64,000 nt of DNA from Spirochaetia bacterium (GTDB taxonomy: Bacteria > Spirochaetota > Spirochaetia > DAHUYW01), in contig JASHNV010000058.1 in NCBI GenBank assembly GCA_030041455.1, positions 6,453-70,452 of the forward strand, given 5' to 3'. The position numbers and the translations under genes are program-made. Shown here one piece after another: positions 1-8,892 of this stretch; within the stretch, counting starts at the first letter, position 1, and each line of letters opens with the position of its first letter. Below the pieces are notes generated by a model. That model worked only from the letters and a program-made list of their open reading frames with translations. It was not told the origin of the DNA and did no database searches.

Positions 1-52
1 CGAGAAGGCAAGACGCATGGGCGAGCACCAGGGGAAGTGCGACTTTCCTCAT
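1..52 (-). CDS. 5' end of a possible secreted protein (runs off the window)
   Basis: ATG at 52 gives MRKVALPLVLAHASCLL, which looks like a signal peptide; a sigma70-like promoter lies just upstream. Confidence 0.35.
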   Translation of the reverse strand, partial: MRKVALPLVLAHASCLL

Positions 53-67
53 CCTCACGATTGGGAT

Positions 68-96
68 ATTATTGGAGAAATCCAGTCAGTTGTAAA
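68..96 (-). promoter_or_regulatory. sigma70-like promoter
   Basis: TTTACA-17 bp-AATAAT on the minus strand in an AT-rich intergenic patch. Confidence 0.4.
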
Positions 97-145
97 CATT
101 GCCGCTCGCGTGGCGAGATCCGAGCGAGAAAGAGAAGGAAGCGCG

Positions 146-433
146 GTGGTCGTCTCAATGGTTCAGTTCATCATCGAGTTGCCGGGGATCGGCTCGATCA
201 AGGACAAGCGGCGGGTGGTGAAATCGCTGAAGGACAAGCTCTACCGGCGCTACAAGCTCGCGGTGTCGGAGGTCGACTTGCAGGATTCCCTCTCGTTCTC
301 GCAAATCGGCGCGGCGTACGTCTCAAACTCGCGCAGCTTCGGCGAGTCGGTGCTCCAAAAGGCGATGACGCTCGTCGAGAACGAGGTGCCGGGCCGGCTT
401 CACGACATTCAAATTCATTCGGAGCAGTACTGA
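146..433 (+). CDS. DUF503 (YlxP-like) protein
   Basis: GTG at 146; MVVSM..IELPG..SIKDKRRVVKSLKDKL...AVSEVD.QD matches the DUF503 pattern; about 95 aa. Confidence 0.85.
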   Translation: MVVSMVQFIIELPGIGSIKDKRRVVKSLKDKLYRRYKLAVSEVDLQDSLSFSQIGAAYVSNSRSFGESVLQKAMTLVENEVPGRLHDIQIHSEQY

Positions 434-451
434 GGCCAAGGAGCCTCGAGG

Positions 452-1177
452 CTATCCGGTGAGCTCCTCCGACGAGCCGCGGGGGAAGAGCACGAGATTG
501 TCGGTCTTGAAGGCGCGGTGATAGTGGAGCGAGCCCGAGTAGGTCCGCTCGGAGGTGAGCTCGATCTTGAAGAAGTGGTGGAGCGTCTCGTACTCCTGGG
601 TCGCGATCGAGAGCTCGAAGTCGAAGGTCATCGTTTCTTCAGGCCTCGTCGCCTGCGCGGGGGAAGGCCAGAAGTAGAAGCTTCCCGCCGTGTGGTCGGA
701 GACCGGGTACGGGTTTTGCCAGTTCCGGTCGATCATCGGCGCGAGTTTCCCCTCGCGAAGCAGCGCCACCGAGACCCCGCTCACCGGCTCGAAGGTCGCG
801 CCGTTCAGCACTCTTCCCTCGATCACGGGAAAGCTCCAGAGAGGCCCGTCAGGGAGCGCCGCTTCCGACGCCGCGATCTGTCCGTCGTGCGCGAACTGCG
901 GGCGCATGGTCGCGGAGACCGTCTGGATGCCCCGGTTCACGAGCGCCACGAGGTCGGCTGTCGTCTGAAGCTGGTCGCGGTAGTCGGCGAGAAGGTGAGC
1001 GAGCCCCCGACCCGAAACGGTGTACTGCGGCGTGAGCCGATTCAGGACGTAGCACATGACGTCGAGGCGGCACTGGTGGCACGTGCAGAAGCCCTGCCGT
1101 CCGTTCAGCTCCTCCTCGTCGAAGAGATCGTCGACGGTCTTCAAGACGAGATCCTCGAGAAGGTTATGCACCTTCAC
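452..1177 (-). CDS. ComFB-domain protein with a C-terminal beta-sandwich (carboxypeptidase regulatory-like) domain
   Basis: HNLLEDLV...CTCHQCRLDVMCYVLNRLTPQY is the ComFB signature; the C-terminal part begins IEGRVLNGATFEPVSGVSV. Confidence 0.85.
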   Translation of the reverse strand: MKVHNLLEDLVLKTVDDLFDEEELNGRQGFCTCHQCRLDVMCYVLNRLTPQYTVSGRGLAHLLADYRDQLQTTADLVALVNRGIQTVSATMRPQFAHDGQIAASEAALPDGPLWSFPVIEGRVLNGATFEPVSGVSVALLREGKLAPMIDRNWQNPYPVSDHTAGSFYFWPSPAQATRPEETMTFDFELSIATQEYETLHHFFKIELTSERTYSGSLHYHRAFKTDNLVLFPRGSSEELTG

Positions 1178-1193
1178 GCGCGTCCGTCCTCGC

Positions 1194-1625
1194 TCATTCT
1201 TTCTCGATCTCGATGAGCTCTTTGAGAGCTTCGATGGACTCCTGGAAGTCCTTCAGCGTCTCGCGAAGGCTGTAATAGTTCAACCCCGCGAAATAGACCT
1301 TCGAGAATATCGAGAAGCTGATGTCGCCGTTCTCCTCTTTCTGGATATTGAGGTAGCATCCGTACTCGTAGCAGACCTTCAGCATTTCCTCGAGCTTCTG
1401 CTGGACGATCGCGGCGAGCTTGGGAGAGAAGGTGAAGGTGTAGGCGATTTCCAGGAACTTATTGTCGCTGTCGATGTAGAATCCGCCCTGGAAGGAATCG
1501 CCTTGCTCGAAGCTCGCGGTGTACGTTTCCTCCTGTCGCTCTCCTTCGAATAGGTCGTAGCCTAACTCCTTGAAAAGAACCCGAACACGGCGTATTCGCT
1601 CTTTCATGAGCTTAGAGTACTTCAT
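1194..1625 (-). CDS. hypothetical protein, possibly YbjN/T3SS-chaperone-like fold
   Basis: ATG at 1625 after GGAGAGGG; 143 aa, acidic, alpha/beta pattern with a C-terminal amphipathic helix; ends 16 nt before the ComFB start. Confidence 0.7.
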   Translation of the reverse strand: MKYSKLMKERIRRVRVLFKELGYDLFEGERQEETYTASFEQGDSFQGGFYIDSDNKFLEIAYTFTFSPKLAAIVQQKLEEMLKVCYEYGCYLNIQKEENGDISFSIFSKVYFAGLNYYSLRETLKDFQESIEALKELIEIEKE

Positions 1626-1700
1626 TCCCTCTCCCCATCCTCCAGGTAATGTAGTGCAGAATGCCGATTGATTCAAGCAAGGTCGATCCGCGCGGCGCTT

Positions 1701-2972
1701 TCAGCGCGTACGGATGAGCTCGTCGGGGTTGCGAACTCTCGGGGCGACGTCGGCCGGAAGCATGAGCCGGACCTTTCGGAGGGTCCGGCCGAAGCCCTCG
1801 ACGACCGGATCGCGGAATACCGAGTCGCTGTCGGAGAAGCGCTCCTCGCCCGCCGAGGCGACGATCGGCACGAGGACCTCGAAGGAGATCGGCTCGGGAA
1901 TGTCGATGATGACGCTTTCCGGCGGGACTCGGACGCCGAGCTCCCGCGAGAGCCTGAGAGCGATGAGGCGCTCCCGCTCGGCTCGCGTGTCGAGATCGAG
2001 GAGGCCGCCGTGGACCCCGTCCCCGGGAGCGAATGTTTCCTCCGAGGCGGTCTTGAGCAGATTCCGCTCGCTCACCCTTCGGATCAGCTCTCCCCCCGGT
2101 CCCTTGAGCGCGGAGAATCGGGCGAAGAACTCCACGTCGTCGAGGCCGTAGAGGGACTCGGGCTTCACGAGGCCCTCGCGAAGATCGAGGTAGACCGCCT
2201 TCTTGATCATCGCGGTGGCGACGCGGACGGTCTTGTGCCAATAGACCGTGCGGTACATGAGGTACTTGGAGAAGAGCACGTTTTCCACTGCCGTGGCGCC
2301 CTGGGCGTCCACGGCGATGCCCCAGGTCCGGTGAGGGCGCATGCGGCTGATGACGAAGTCGGTGTCCTGGACTCCGTAGGGGACGCCACAGAAATAGGCG
2401 TCGCGGTTGAGATAGTCGAGCTTGTCGGGATCGAGCACGCCGGAGAGGATCCCGCGGAAAAAGGAGACCTCCGCGCCGGCGAGCGGAAGCTGCGTATCGA
2501 CGATCCCCGCGACGAGCCCGGGATCGACGCCGAGCGCGCTTCGAATGGTCTCCGAGAGGGGGGAGTCCACGATCTGCTCGGCCGCGAGCCGCTCGTGCTC
2601 CTTCAGCGGAAGCTCCTTCAGCGAGTGGGCGAAGGGAAAGTGGCCGAGATCGTGCAGCAGCGCCGCGCAAAGAAAGGCCTTCACGCCCTCCACGGACAGA
2701 TCGACGGAGGGATCGGACCGCAGGAGCGCGATCATGACCCTCCGCGCGAGGTGGAAGACCCCGAGGCTGTGGCTGAGCCGGGTGTGCGTCGCCCCCGGGT
2801 AGACCTGATAGGCCGGACCGAGCTGCTTGATGCCGCCGAGCTTCTGGAAGGCGCGCTCCCGCACGATTCGCATGAGCTCGGGGGAAAGGTCGATGTTGTG
2901 CCACAGCGGATCCCGAATGGGCTCGGTGTAGGCGTTGTGGAGATGATCGAGGGCCTCCGCGATCGCGCTCAT
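1701..2972 (-). CDS. HD-domain phosphohydrolase (dNTP triphosphohydrolase/SAMHD1-like)
   Basis: IRDPLW, IKQLG...YPGATHTRLSHSLG, LLHDLGHFPFAH, DPDKLDYLNRD, YRTVYWHK motifs. Confidence 0.9.
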   Translation of the reverse strand: MSAIAEALDHLHNAYTEPIRDPLWHNIDLSPELMRIVRERAFQKLGGIKQLGPAYQVYPGATHTRLSHSLGVFHLARRVMIALLRSDPSVDLSVEGVKAFLCAALLHDLGHFPFAHSLKELPLKEHERLAAEQIVDSPLSETIRSALGVDPGLVAGIVDTQLPLAGAEVSFFRGILSGVLDPDKLDYLNRDAYFCGVPYGVQDTDFVISRMRPHRTWGIAVDAQGATAVENVLFSKYLMYRTVYWHKTVRVATAMIKKAVYLDLREGLVKPESLYGLDDVEFFARFSALKGPGGELIRRVSERNLLKTASEETFAPGDGVHGGLLDLDTRAERERLIALRLSRELGVRVPPESVIIDIPEPISFEVLVPIVASAGEERFSDSDSVFRDPVVEGFGRTLRKVRLMLPADVAPRVRNPDELIRTR

Positions 2973-3119
2973 CGTGCGCCCCGGAGGAGCGCTTGCCGGT
3001 CTTCCATCTGACCGTTATAGGACCTCGGGAAGCCCGTGTCCATATCCTTCCTGCCGAGCGAGCCGCTTCTTTACAGGCAAGGGGTTCATTTGGTAAAACT
3101 GTCCATAGTGCGGAGTCAT

Positions 3120-3806
3120 GTGCGTTCGCGGCTTGCCTTCATCATCCTCCTCGTCGCGGCGGCAGCCGGAGGGTGCTCGCGGCACCCGGCGCCGTCCGGC
3201 CAGGCCGGGGCTCCGACGGCCGGTCCGCGGCCGACGCCGCAGACGTTAGGCGCGCTCCGCCCCTTGACGCTCGGGCCCGTGGCGCGTCAGGGGGGAGCGC
3301 TCCCTCAGGCGAGCCTCTTCGTTGCGGCCGCGTCCCTCGCCGGAGACGCCGCCCTGCTCGCGCTGAGCGCGCCGGCGCCGGTCCTCCCCACCGATTTCGT
3401 CATCGGGCCGCTCGAGCCGGAAGGCCGGCCCCAGGCGGAGTCGAGCAGGGTGGCTGCGGTCATTTCCGCGTTTTTTGCCGCTCTCGCGAAGGGCAAGGTG
3501 GAGGTGGGCGTGATAAGCCAGGACCAGCGCGAAATTCTCCTCCACGTGCTCGACGGTCCGATCGCCGACAAGGACATTCCGCGCAGCGTGCGAATCGGCG
3601 CCATTACGATCGACGGCGGCGAGGCGCACGCGAGGATCCGCATGATGTCCGGCGTCGGAAGGACCGACGGCGCGGTCTATCTCGATCTGGTCAAAAAGAG
3701 CTGGCAGATCTCCGATATCCAGGCCGACTTCGGCGCGCTTTCGCGCGAGTACAAACGGACGTCTCTCTACGAGCCGTCGACCTGGCAATGGATGCTGAAC
3801 GACTAA
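3120..3806 (+). CDS. putative lipoprotein
   Basis: GTG at 3120; MRSRLAFIILLVAAAAGG-C lipobox, Pro-rich linker, C-terminal alpha/beta domain; start codon uncertain. Confidence 0.7.
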   Translation: MRSRLAFIILLVAAAAGGCSRHPAPSGQAGAPTAGPRPTPQTLGALRPLTLGPVARQGGALPQASLFVAAASLAGDAALLALSAPAPVLPTDFVIGPLEPEGRPQAESSRVAAVISAFFAALAKGKVEVGVISQDQREILLHVLDGPIADKDIPRSVRIGAITIDGGEAHARIRMMSGVGRTDGAVYLDLVKKSWQISDIQADFGALSREYKRTSLYEPSTWQWMLND

Positions 3807-3818
3807 GGAGCGCCGAGC

Positions 3819-5057
3819 ATGGGGACGGGTGTAAGCAGGATTGAGCAGGAGTTCGTTCTGTCGACTGTCCACGACAAGACGATGCCGGTCAAGGTCCACG
3901 CCAATCGCCAGGAGTCCGAGGGCCGAATCGTCTCGCTCAGCGACTCCGAGATGGTCATCGAGCTCGCCGCGCCGCTCAAGCTGCTCCATGACGAGCGGCT
4001 GCGGGTGTTCTTCTCCTATTTTGGCCACGTCATGACGTTCACCACGCGCGCGCGAAACGTCGAGGACCGCCAGGTCACGGTCGCCTATCCGAAAGGCCTG
4101 TACAAGAACCTGCAGCGCAAGTACGAGCGGGTGCTCCCGCCGGTCGGGACGAAGGCCTACTTCACGCTGTCGAGCACGAAAGTCGAGCTCAACTTTCCGA
4201 AGTCCGAGGAGTACGATCCCGTCGACAAGCCGCAGTTCTCCGACAAGTTTCGGCCCGAAAGCATCGCGGAGCTTGTCAGGTCCTTCCGCGAGTCGGTCTC
4301 GGCGCGCTGCACCGAGAACAGCGTCATGATGTTCCGCGACCGCCAGCCCTCAGGCTATGAGGAGGAGATCATCGCGAAGACGGCCAAGATGCTGCTCATC
4401 ACGGGCGCCGAGGGCGGGCTGCCTCTTGGGGACAGCGAGCGCGGCGAGCGATTCATCACCCGGGAGATGATTGCGAAGGCCGGAAGCGAGATCGGCGCGC
4501 CGCAAATCTTTCGCGAGAACTTTGCTGCGCTTCTTCAGCGGAAGCGGAAGCAGGGCGTCGTCTCCGAGCTCTATTGCCCGATACTCTTTCACGAGTACGT
4601 CATCGGCTACGTGTATCTCCTCAGCAAGACCAAGGACTTCGATCAAGATCTCGTCGACCACGTACTGCAGTTCTCCCAGGTCCTCGCCTACTCGCTGAAG
4701 ATCAACAATTATTTCAAGGGGGCCGATGTCGACTCCGAGCGCTATGAGACGCAGATCCTCAACCTGAGCGCTTCCGGCATGCTTTTCGCCCACAACTCGG
4801 CGAAGCTGAAGGACGGCTTGATGATCTACACGGACGTTCCGGTGGTCCTCGTCGTGAAGGAAAGGAAAATGGTCATCGGCTCGAGAATCATGAGAAAGTA
4901 CGAGGACGCGCTCACCTGTTATTTCGGCGTGCAGTTTCTCGAGATTCAGCCCGAGGACTTTCGCTATCTTTTCGAGCTCGTGTACGGGCGTCCCTTCACG
5001 AAGGAGGACGGCGAGCTTTGGGAAGGCGGGACGGCGCCCCCGCCGCTTGAGCTCTAG
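3819..5057 (+). CDS. PilZ-domain c-di-GMP receptor with a GAF-like insertion (DUF1577/YcgR-like)
   Basis: QRKYERV (RxxxR) and NLSASG ([D/N]xSxxG) are about 200 aa apart, with the GAF-like segment ELYCPILFHEYVIGYVYL between them; AAGGAG RBS. Confidence 0.8.
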   Translation: MGTGVSRIEQEFVLSTVHDKTMPVKVHANRQESEGRIVSLSDSEMVIELAAPLKLLHDERLRVFFSYFGHVMTFTTRARNVEDRQVTVAYPKGLYKNLQRKYERVLPPVGTKAYFTLSSTKVELNFPKSEEYDPVDKPQFSDKFRPESIAELVRSFRESVSARCTENSVMMFRDRQPSGYEEEIIAKTAKMLLITGAEGGLPLGDSERGERFITREMIAKAGSEIGAPQIFRENFAALLQRKRKQGVVSELYCPILFHEYVIGYVYLLSKTKDFDQDLVDHVLQFSQVLAYSLKINNYFKGADVDSERYETQILNLSASGMLFAHNSAKLKDGLMIYTDVPVVLVVKERKMVIGSRIMRKYEDALTCYFGVQFLEIQPEDFRYLFELVYGRPFTKEDGELWEGGTAPPPLEL

Positions 5058-5059
5058 GT

Positions 5060-7978
5060 ATGGTGTACCTGCTTGTCGAGATAAGCGGTCACCGGCAGCT
5101 CGCGAAGCTTCGAGGCGGCGTGGTCGCAGGCCTCGTCGAGAGCATTACGGGTCTCGTTCGGTACAGCGGCGGGAACGCCGTGGTGGCGGACAAGGGGATG
5201 CTGCTGCTCTCCGTCGATCCGGAGGGGAAGACCGCCGAGGCGCAGGCCGAGCTCGTGTATCGGGTCTACGAGATCCTCCTGCAGCGACGGCGCGAGCTTC
5301 AGGGCTTCACCGTGTACGCCGAGGAGTTCGACGACCTCAATCCGGGACTGGCGCTCGCGCGCTTGGCGCAGAGCTCGCTCGTCTCCGATCGGACCGATAT
5401 CCTGCGGATCGGCGACCGCCTCAGATCTCGCTTGGAAGGGCTGCTGATCGTGCGGCCGGCCGGAGAGTTCGCCGACGTCCTCGGCCGATCCGAGCGGATG
5501 GGGCACTCCTACCGGCTCGTGCACGACTTCCTCGTGCGCGAGCCGGTGGTCGAGCTTCTGCTTTCCATCCTCACGCCCCTCGTCAACCGCGAGCGGCCTC
5601 CCGGGTGGGTTCACGTCTACGGCCTCCCGCTCTGCGGCAAGAGCCAGAACGTGAGCGCGGCGCTTCGCAGGCTCGCGGCGGCGGAGGGCAATCCGCCCTG
5701 GCTCACGCTCTTCTCCGCCTCCGACGGGCTTCCCTCCGCGGCGCCGTTTATCGAGAGTCTCCGCCCCGATTTCATGGACCGAGTGCCCGAGTACCTGAAG
5801 CCGGCCGAACGGGCGGCCTGGGAGCAGCGAAAGAGCGTCCTCGAGCTCGAGACGTGCGCGGACCACTTCGAGGAGGACTTCTTCGCCGCCTATTGCCACT
5901 ACCTGCTCGCCTACATCCGATTCATGGACCGCAAAGGCCTTCCGCCCATCGTCGTGTGCGAGCAGTTTCACGCCTTCGGCAGGGGCTCTCACGAGCTCCT
6001 CGCGCGCGTAATCGAGAAGTTCCGCGACTTCTCTCCGATCATTCCGATCTGCGTCTCCGACTCCCCCGTCGTGCCCGAAGCGCTCGCGGCCGTCCCGCGA
6101 AGCGCCGTCGAGATCGCGCCCCTCGGTCTGGAGGAGCTTCGCGAAGCGCTCGGCGCGCTGCCCGAAGGCGCGGAGGTCGACGCCGAGGACCTGCTTCTCC
6201 GTACCGAAGGCAGGCCCCTGTACGCGAGCCACTACGTCTCGTTGTCCGTCAAAGCGGATCAGAGGGGGGAGCGCATATCGCTCGATCTGCTCCGGCAGAT
6301 CGAGGAGACCTGCCGCAAGTCGCTCTACGTGCTCTATCTCACCGAGGGGATTCTCGGCATCGAGGAGGCCCGGCGATTTCTCGGGCGCGAGGGGCTCGTG
6401 CCGGAGGTGGTCGAGAGCGCGCTTGGCCGGCTCGTGTCCCTCGGCTTCGTACGGAAGAGCACCGGTCAGGTCGTCCTTCCGAGCGTCGCCGCGCTCCTTG
6501 AGGGAGAGTTCCGTCCCGACGGGCTGCAGGCGAAAGCGGCCGAGTACTTTTACGGCCAGTGGAAGCAGGGCGCGCTTCGCGGGAGCGAGCGGCTCGTGAG
6601 GTTCGTGGCGCTGTGGGGCCGATTCGAGCAGGCGGCCGACCTCTTCTTCCAGTACGCCACCGAGCTCCTCGATCGGAGCGAGGTCGACCAGGTGCTCGAT
6701 TACCTGCAGCGCGAGGACGTCTTTCCCACGATGCTCGATCCGGCGCAGGCGCGAAAGCGCGACTTCTTTCTCGACATCTTGGCGCTTCGCGCCTCCGTTC
6801 TCCTCAAGGAGAAGGATCAATCGGAGCTTCGCGTCACGAAGGCGAAAGAGGAACGCCCGGAGGGCGATTGGGAGCTGAGCCTCTACGAGCTTTCCTGCGC
6901 TCAGCACCTGTACGCCGCGCGCGAGATTCGCGCGGCGCTCGACTCGGCGAAGCGGGCCCTGATCGCCTCCCAGCGGGTCGAGGCACCTCGTCTGGAGTAT
7001 CGCGCGAACATCGAGATCGGCCTCGCCATGCTCGCGAACACGCGCCTGGAGGAGGCCGAGGACTACTTTACGATCGCGCGGGAGTCATCGGGGGGAGAGG
7101 AGCGCTCCTACGATTCGCTGCGGAGTCTCGGCTTCGAGGCCGTGACCCATTTCGACTTCGGCAACTACTCCAAAGCGATTCGAACCGCCGACGCGGCGAG
7201 CGAGGTCGCCGTCGCGATCTGCCGGCGGGAGTGGCAGCGCTTTCTGATTTTCCTGCGCGGCAGGTGCCACTTCGCCCTGGGGCTGTACGACGAGGCAGCC
7301 GGCGCCTTTCAAACGGGCACCTCGCTCTGCCGGGTCTATCCGCACGCCGCGGCGAGCAGGGTTTTCGAAGCGTGGACCGCGCGAGCGGCCTACTATGCCG
7401 GCACACGCCAGGCGTTGAAGACGCTCGAGGAGATGGATCCCAGCGGGGAAGTGCTCTTCTTCACCGGCGAGATCCGGGCGGGCAACGGAGAGTGGGCGGA
7501 GGCGGCGGCTCTTTTCGACCGTGCTCTTCGCGCTCTCGACGACGAGCGAGAGGCGTACCTGCCGAGCGAGATCGTTTCGTGGCGAAGCGGTTTTGCGGGA
7601 ATCGAGGACCGCGCCTTTCGAGGCGCCGACGGACACGGGGTTCTCCATCACATGGCGCGCGCGATGAAAGCCTACGTCGTTGCGCACCTCGAGGACTCCT
7701 CGGAGGGCGTCGCCGAGCTCACGCGGATCACGCGCGAGGACAAGCTCTCCGACCAAGACCCGAACGAGTCCTTCTACTATTTCCTCCACAGTCAGATACT
7801 GCCGGAGGGACAGGGCGACCTGCTCGTGGACCGCCTGACCGTGCTCAACAAGGCGCTCAAGCACGCCCAGGAGCGGGCGACGCGGATCGACGAGGTCAAG
7901 ATGCGCCGCGCCTTTCTTCAATCCAACCGGTGGAACGTCCGGCTTTTCGCCGACGCGAGAAAGCACAAGCTCGTCTAG
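5060..7978 (+). CDS. large degenerate nucleotide-cyclase-like / P-loop NTPase / TPR protein
   Basis: 972 aa; Walker A GLPLCGKS; helical TPR-like repeats in the C-terminal half; N-terminus resembles a class III cyclase without its Asp ligands. Confidence 0.7.
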   Translation: MVYLLVEISGHRQLAKLRGGVVAGLVESITGLVRYSGGNAVVADKGMLLLSVDPEGKTAEAQAELVYRVYEILLQRRRELQGFTVYAEEFDDLNPGLALARLAQSSLVSDRTDILRIGDRLRSRLEGLLIVRPAGEFADVLGRSERMGHSYRLVHDFLVREPVVELLLSILTPLVNRERPPGWVHVYGLPLCGKSQNVSAALRRLAAAEGNPPWLTLFSASDGLPSAAPFIESLRPDFMDRVPEYLKPAERAAWEQRKSVLELETCADHFEEDFFAAYCHYLLAYIRFMDRKGLPPIVVCEQFHAFGRGSHELLARVIEKFRDFSPIIPICVSDSPVVPEALAAVPRSAVEIAPLGLEELREALGALPEGAEVDAEDLLLRTEGRPLYASHYVSLSVKADQRGERISLDLLRQIEETCRKSLYVLYLTEGILGIEEARRFLGREGLVPEVVESALGRLVSLGFVRKSTGQVVLPSVAALLEGEFRPDGLQAKAAEYFYGQWKQGALRGSERLVRFVALWGRFEQAADLFFQYATELLDRSEVDQVLDYLQREDVFPTMLDPAQARKRDFFLDILALRASVLLKEKDQSELRVTKAKEERPEGDWELSLYELSCAQHLYAAREIRAALDSAKRALIASQRVEAPRLEYRANIEIGLAMLANTRLEEAEDYFTIARESSGGEERSYDSLRSLGFEAVTHFDFGNYSKAIRTADAASEVAVAICRREWQRFLIFLRGRCHFALGLYDEAAGAFQTGTSLCRVYPHAAASRVFEAWTARAAYYAGTRQALKTLEEMDPSGEVLFFTGEIRAGNGEWAEAAALFDRALRALDDEREAYLPSEIVSWRSGFAGIEDRAFRGADGHGVLHHMARAMKAYVVAHLEDSSEGVAELTRITREDKLSDQDPNESFYYFLHSQILPEGQGDLLVDRLTVLNKALKHAQERATRIDEVKMRRAFLQSNRWNVRLFADARKHKLV

Positions 7979-7982
7979 GCCA

Positions 7983-8398
7983 CTAGCGCGCTCCGGACGG
8001 ATCGTAGTCGGGGCGAGCTCGGGAAAGTTCAGCTCGGGGGGCAGGCGGGCAGGGCGGCCGGAGGAGTTGACCGTCACCCAGGTGACCTCGGCCTCGCAGA
8101 CAAGCTCTCCGGCTCGGAGCACCCTCTGGCGAAAGACCCCGCCGGTCACCCGCCGCTGCGTCGGCGTCGTCTCGATGAGCAGCTCGTCGTCGAGGCTCGA
8201 CGGAAGTCTGTAGTCGATCGCGATCCGGGAGATGACGACGCCGTAGCCCTTCTCGCGCATGCCTCGGTAATCGAACCCGATGCCCTTGAGAAACTCCATC
8301 CGTGCGTATTCGAGGTAATTGAGGTAGACGGCGTTGTTCACGTGGTTGTAGCCGTCGCATTCGTAGCCGCGTACGACGTGAGTGCAGGTGAGTGTCAC
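7983..8398 (-). CDS. acyl-CoA thioesterase (YbgC/FadM 4HBT family); 3' end appears frameshifted
   Basis: GGAGG then GTG at 8398; VRGYECDGYNHVNNAVYLNYLEYAR hotdog motif; as written the frame stays open to 7085, and one extra C at 8010-8013 would give a stop at 7983. Confidence 0.85.
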
Positions 8399-8509
8399 GC
8401 TCGCCTCCGGTCCGGCAGTGTAGCTCGCCCAAGGATGGTTCGGCAAGGAGACTCGAGCGCCTCCGAGGGGCAGGCTCCCTCGAGGGCCGTCGCGACGGGC
8501 TCAAGCGTG

Positions 8510-8539
8510 TTGACAGAACGAGGAAGCACTTGCTATAGT
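8510..8539 (+). promoter_or_regulatory. sigma70 promoter of tRNA-Met
   Basis: TTGACA-18 bp-TATAGT with a TGn extension, 16 bp upstream of the tRNA. Confidence 0.75.
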
Positions 8540-8555
8540 GCCGGGTCACGTACAG

Positions 8556-8628
8556 GGCGGCGTAGCTCAGTTGGCAGAGCAAACGGCTCATATCCGTTGG
8601 GTCAGGGGTTCAACTCCCTTCGCCGCTA
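8556..8628 (+). tRNA. tRNA-Met (CAT), elongator type; CCA not encoded
   Basis: Cloverleaf: acceptor GGCGGCG/CGCCGCT+A, D arm GCTC/GAGC, anticodon arm AACGG-CTCATAT-CCGTT, T arm with TTCAACT. Confidence 0.95.
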
Positions 8629-8892
8629 ATCGGGTCCATTCGGGCTTCTTCACCCCCAAGCTCGTGCATCGTTCTCGTTGGATCGGCCCCGGGGCGGCGC
8701 GCTCGCACCTCGGGCGTCCGGCTTTCTTCGCGGCCAAGGGCGAGATTGCCGGAATCAACGGGTGCTCCGACGACGAGGAGGCGAGTCCCCTCTTCCGGTT
8801 CGCGAAGTCGGCCGGTCTTTCCTAACGAGGCGGGAGGACCCTTCGGCCCCTATTTGAAAAAGAGTGCGAGATCCGGGTAGGATCTGCTCGAC

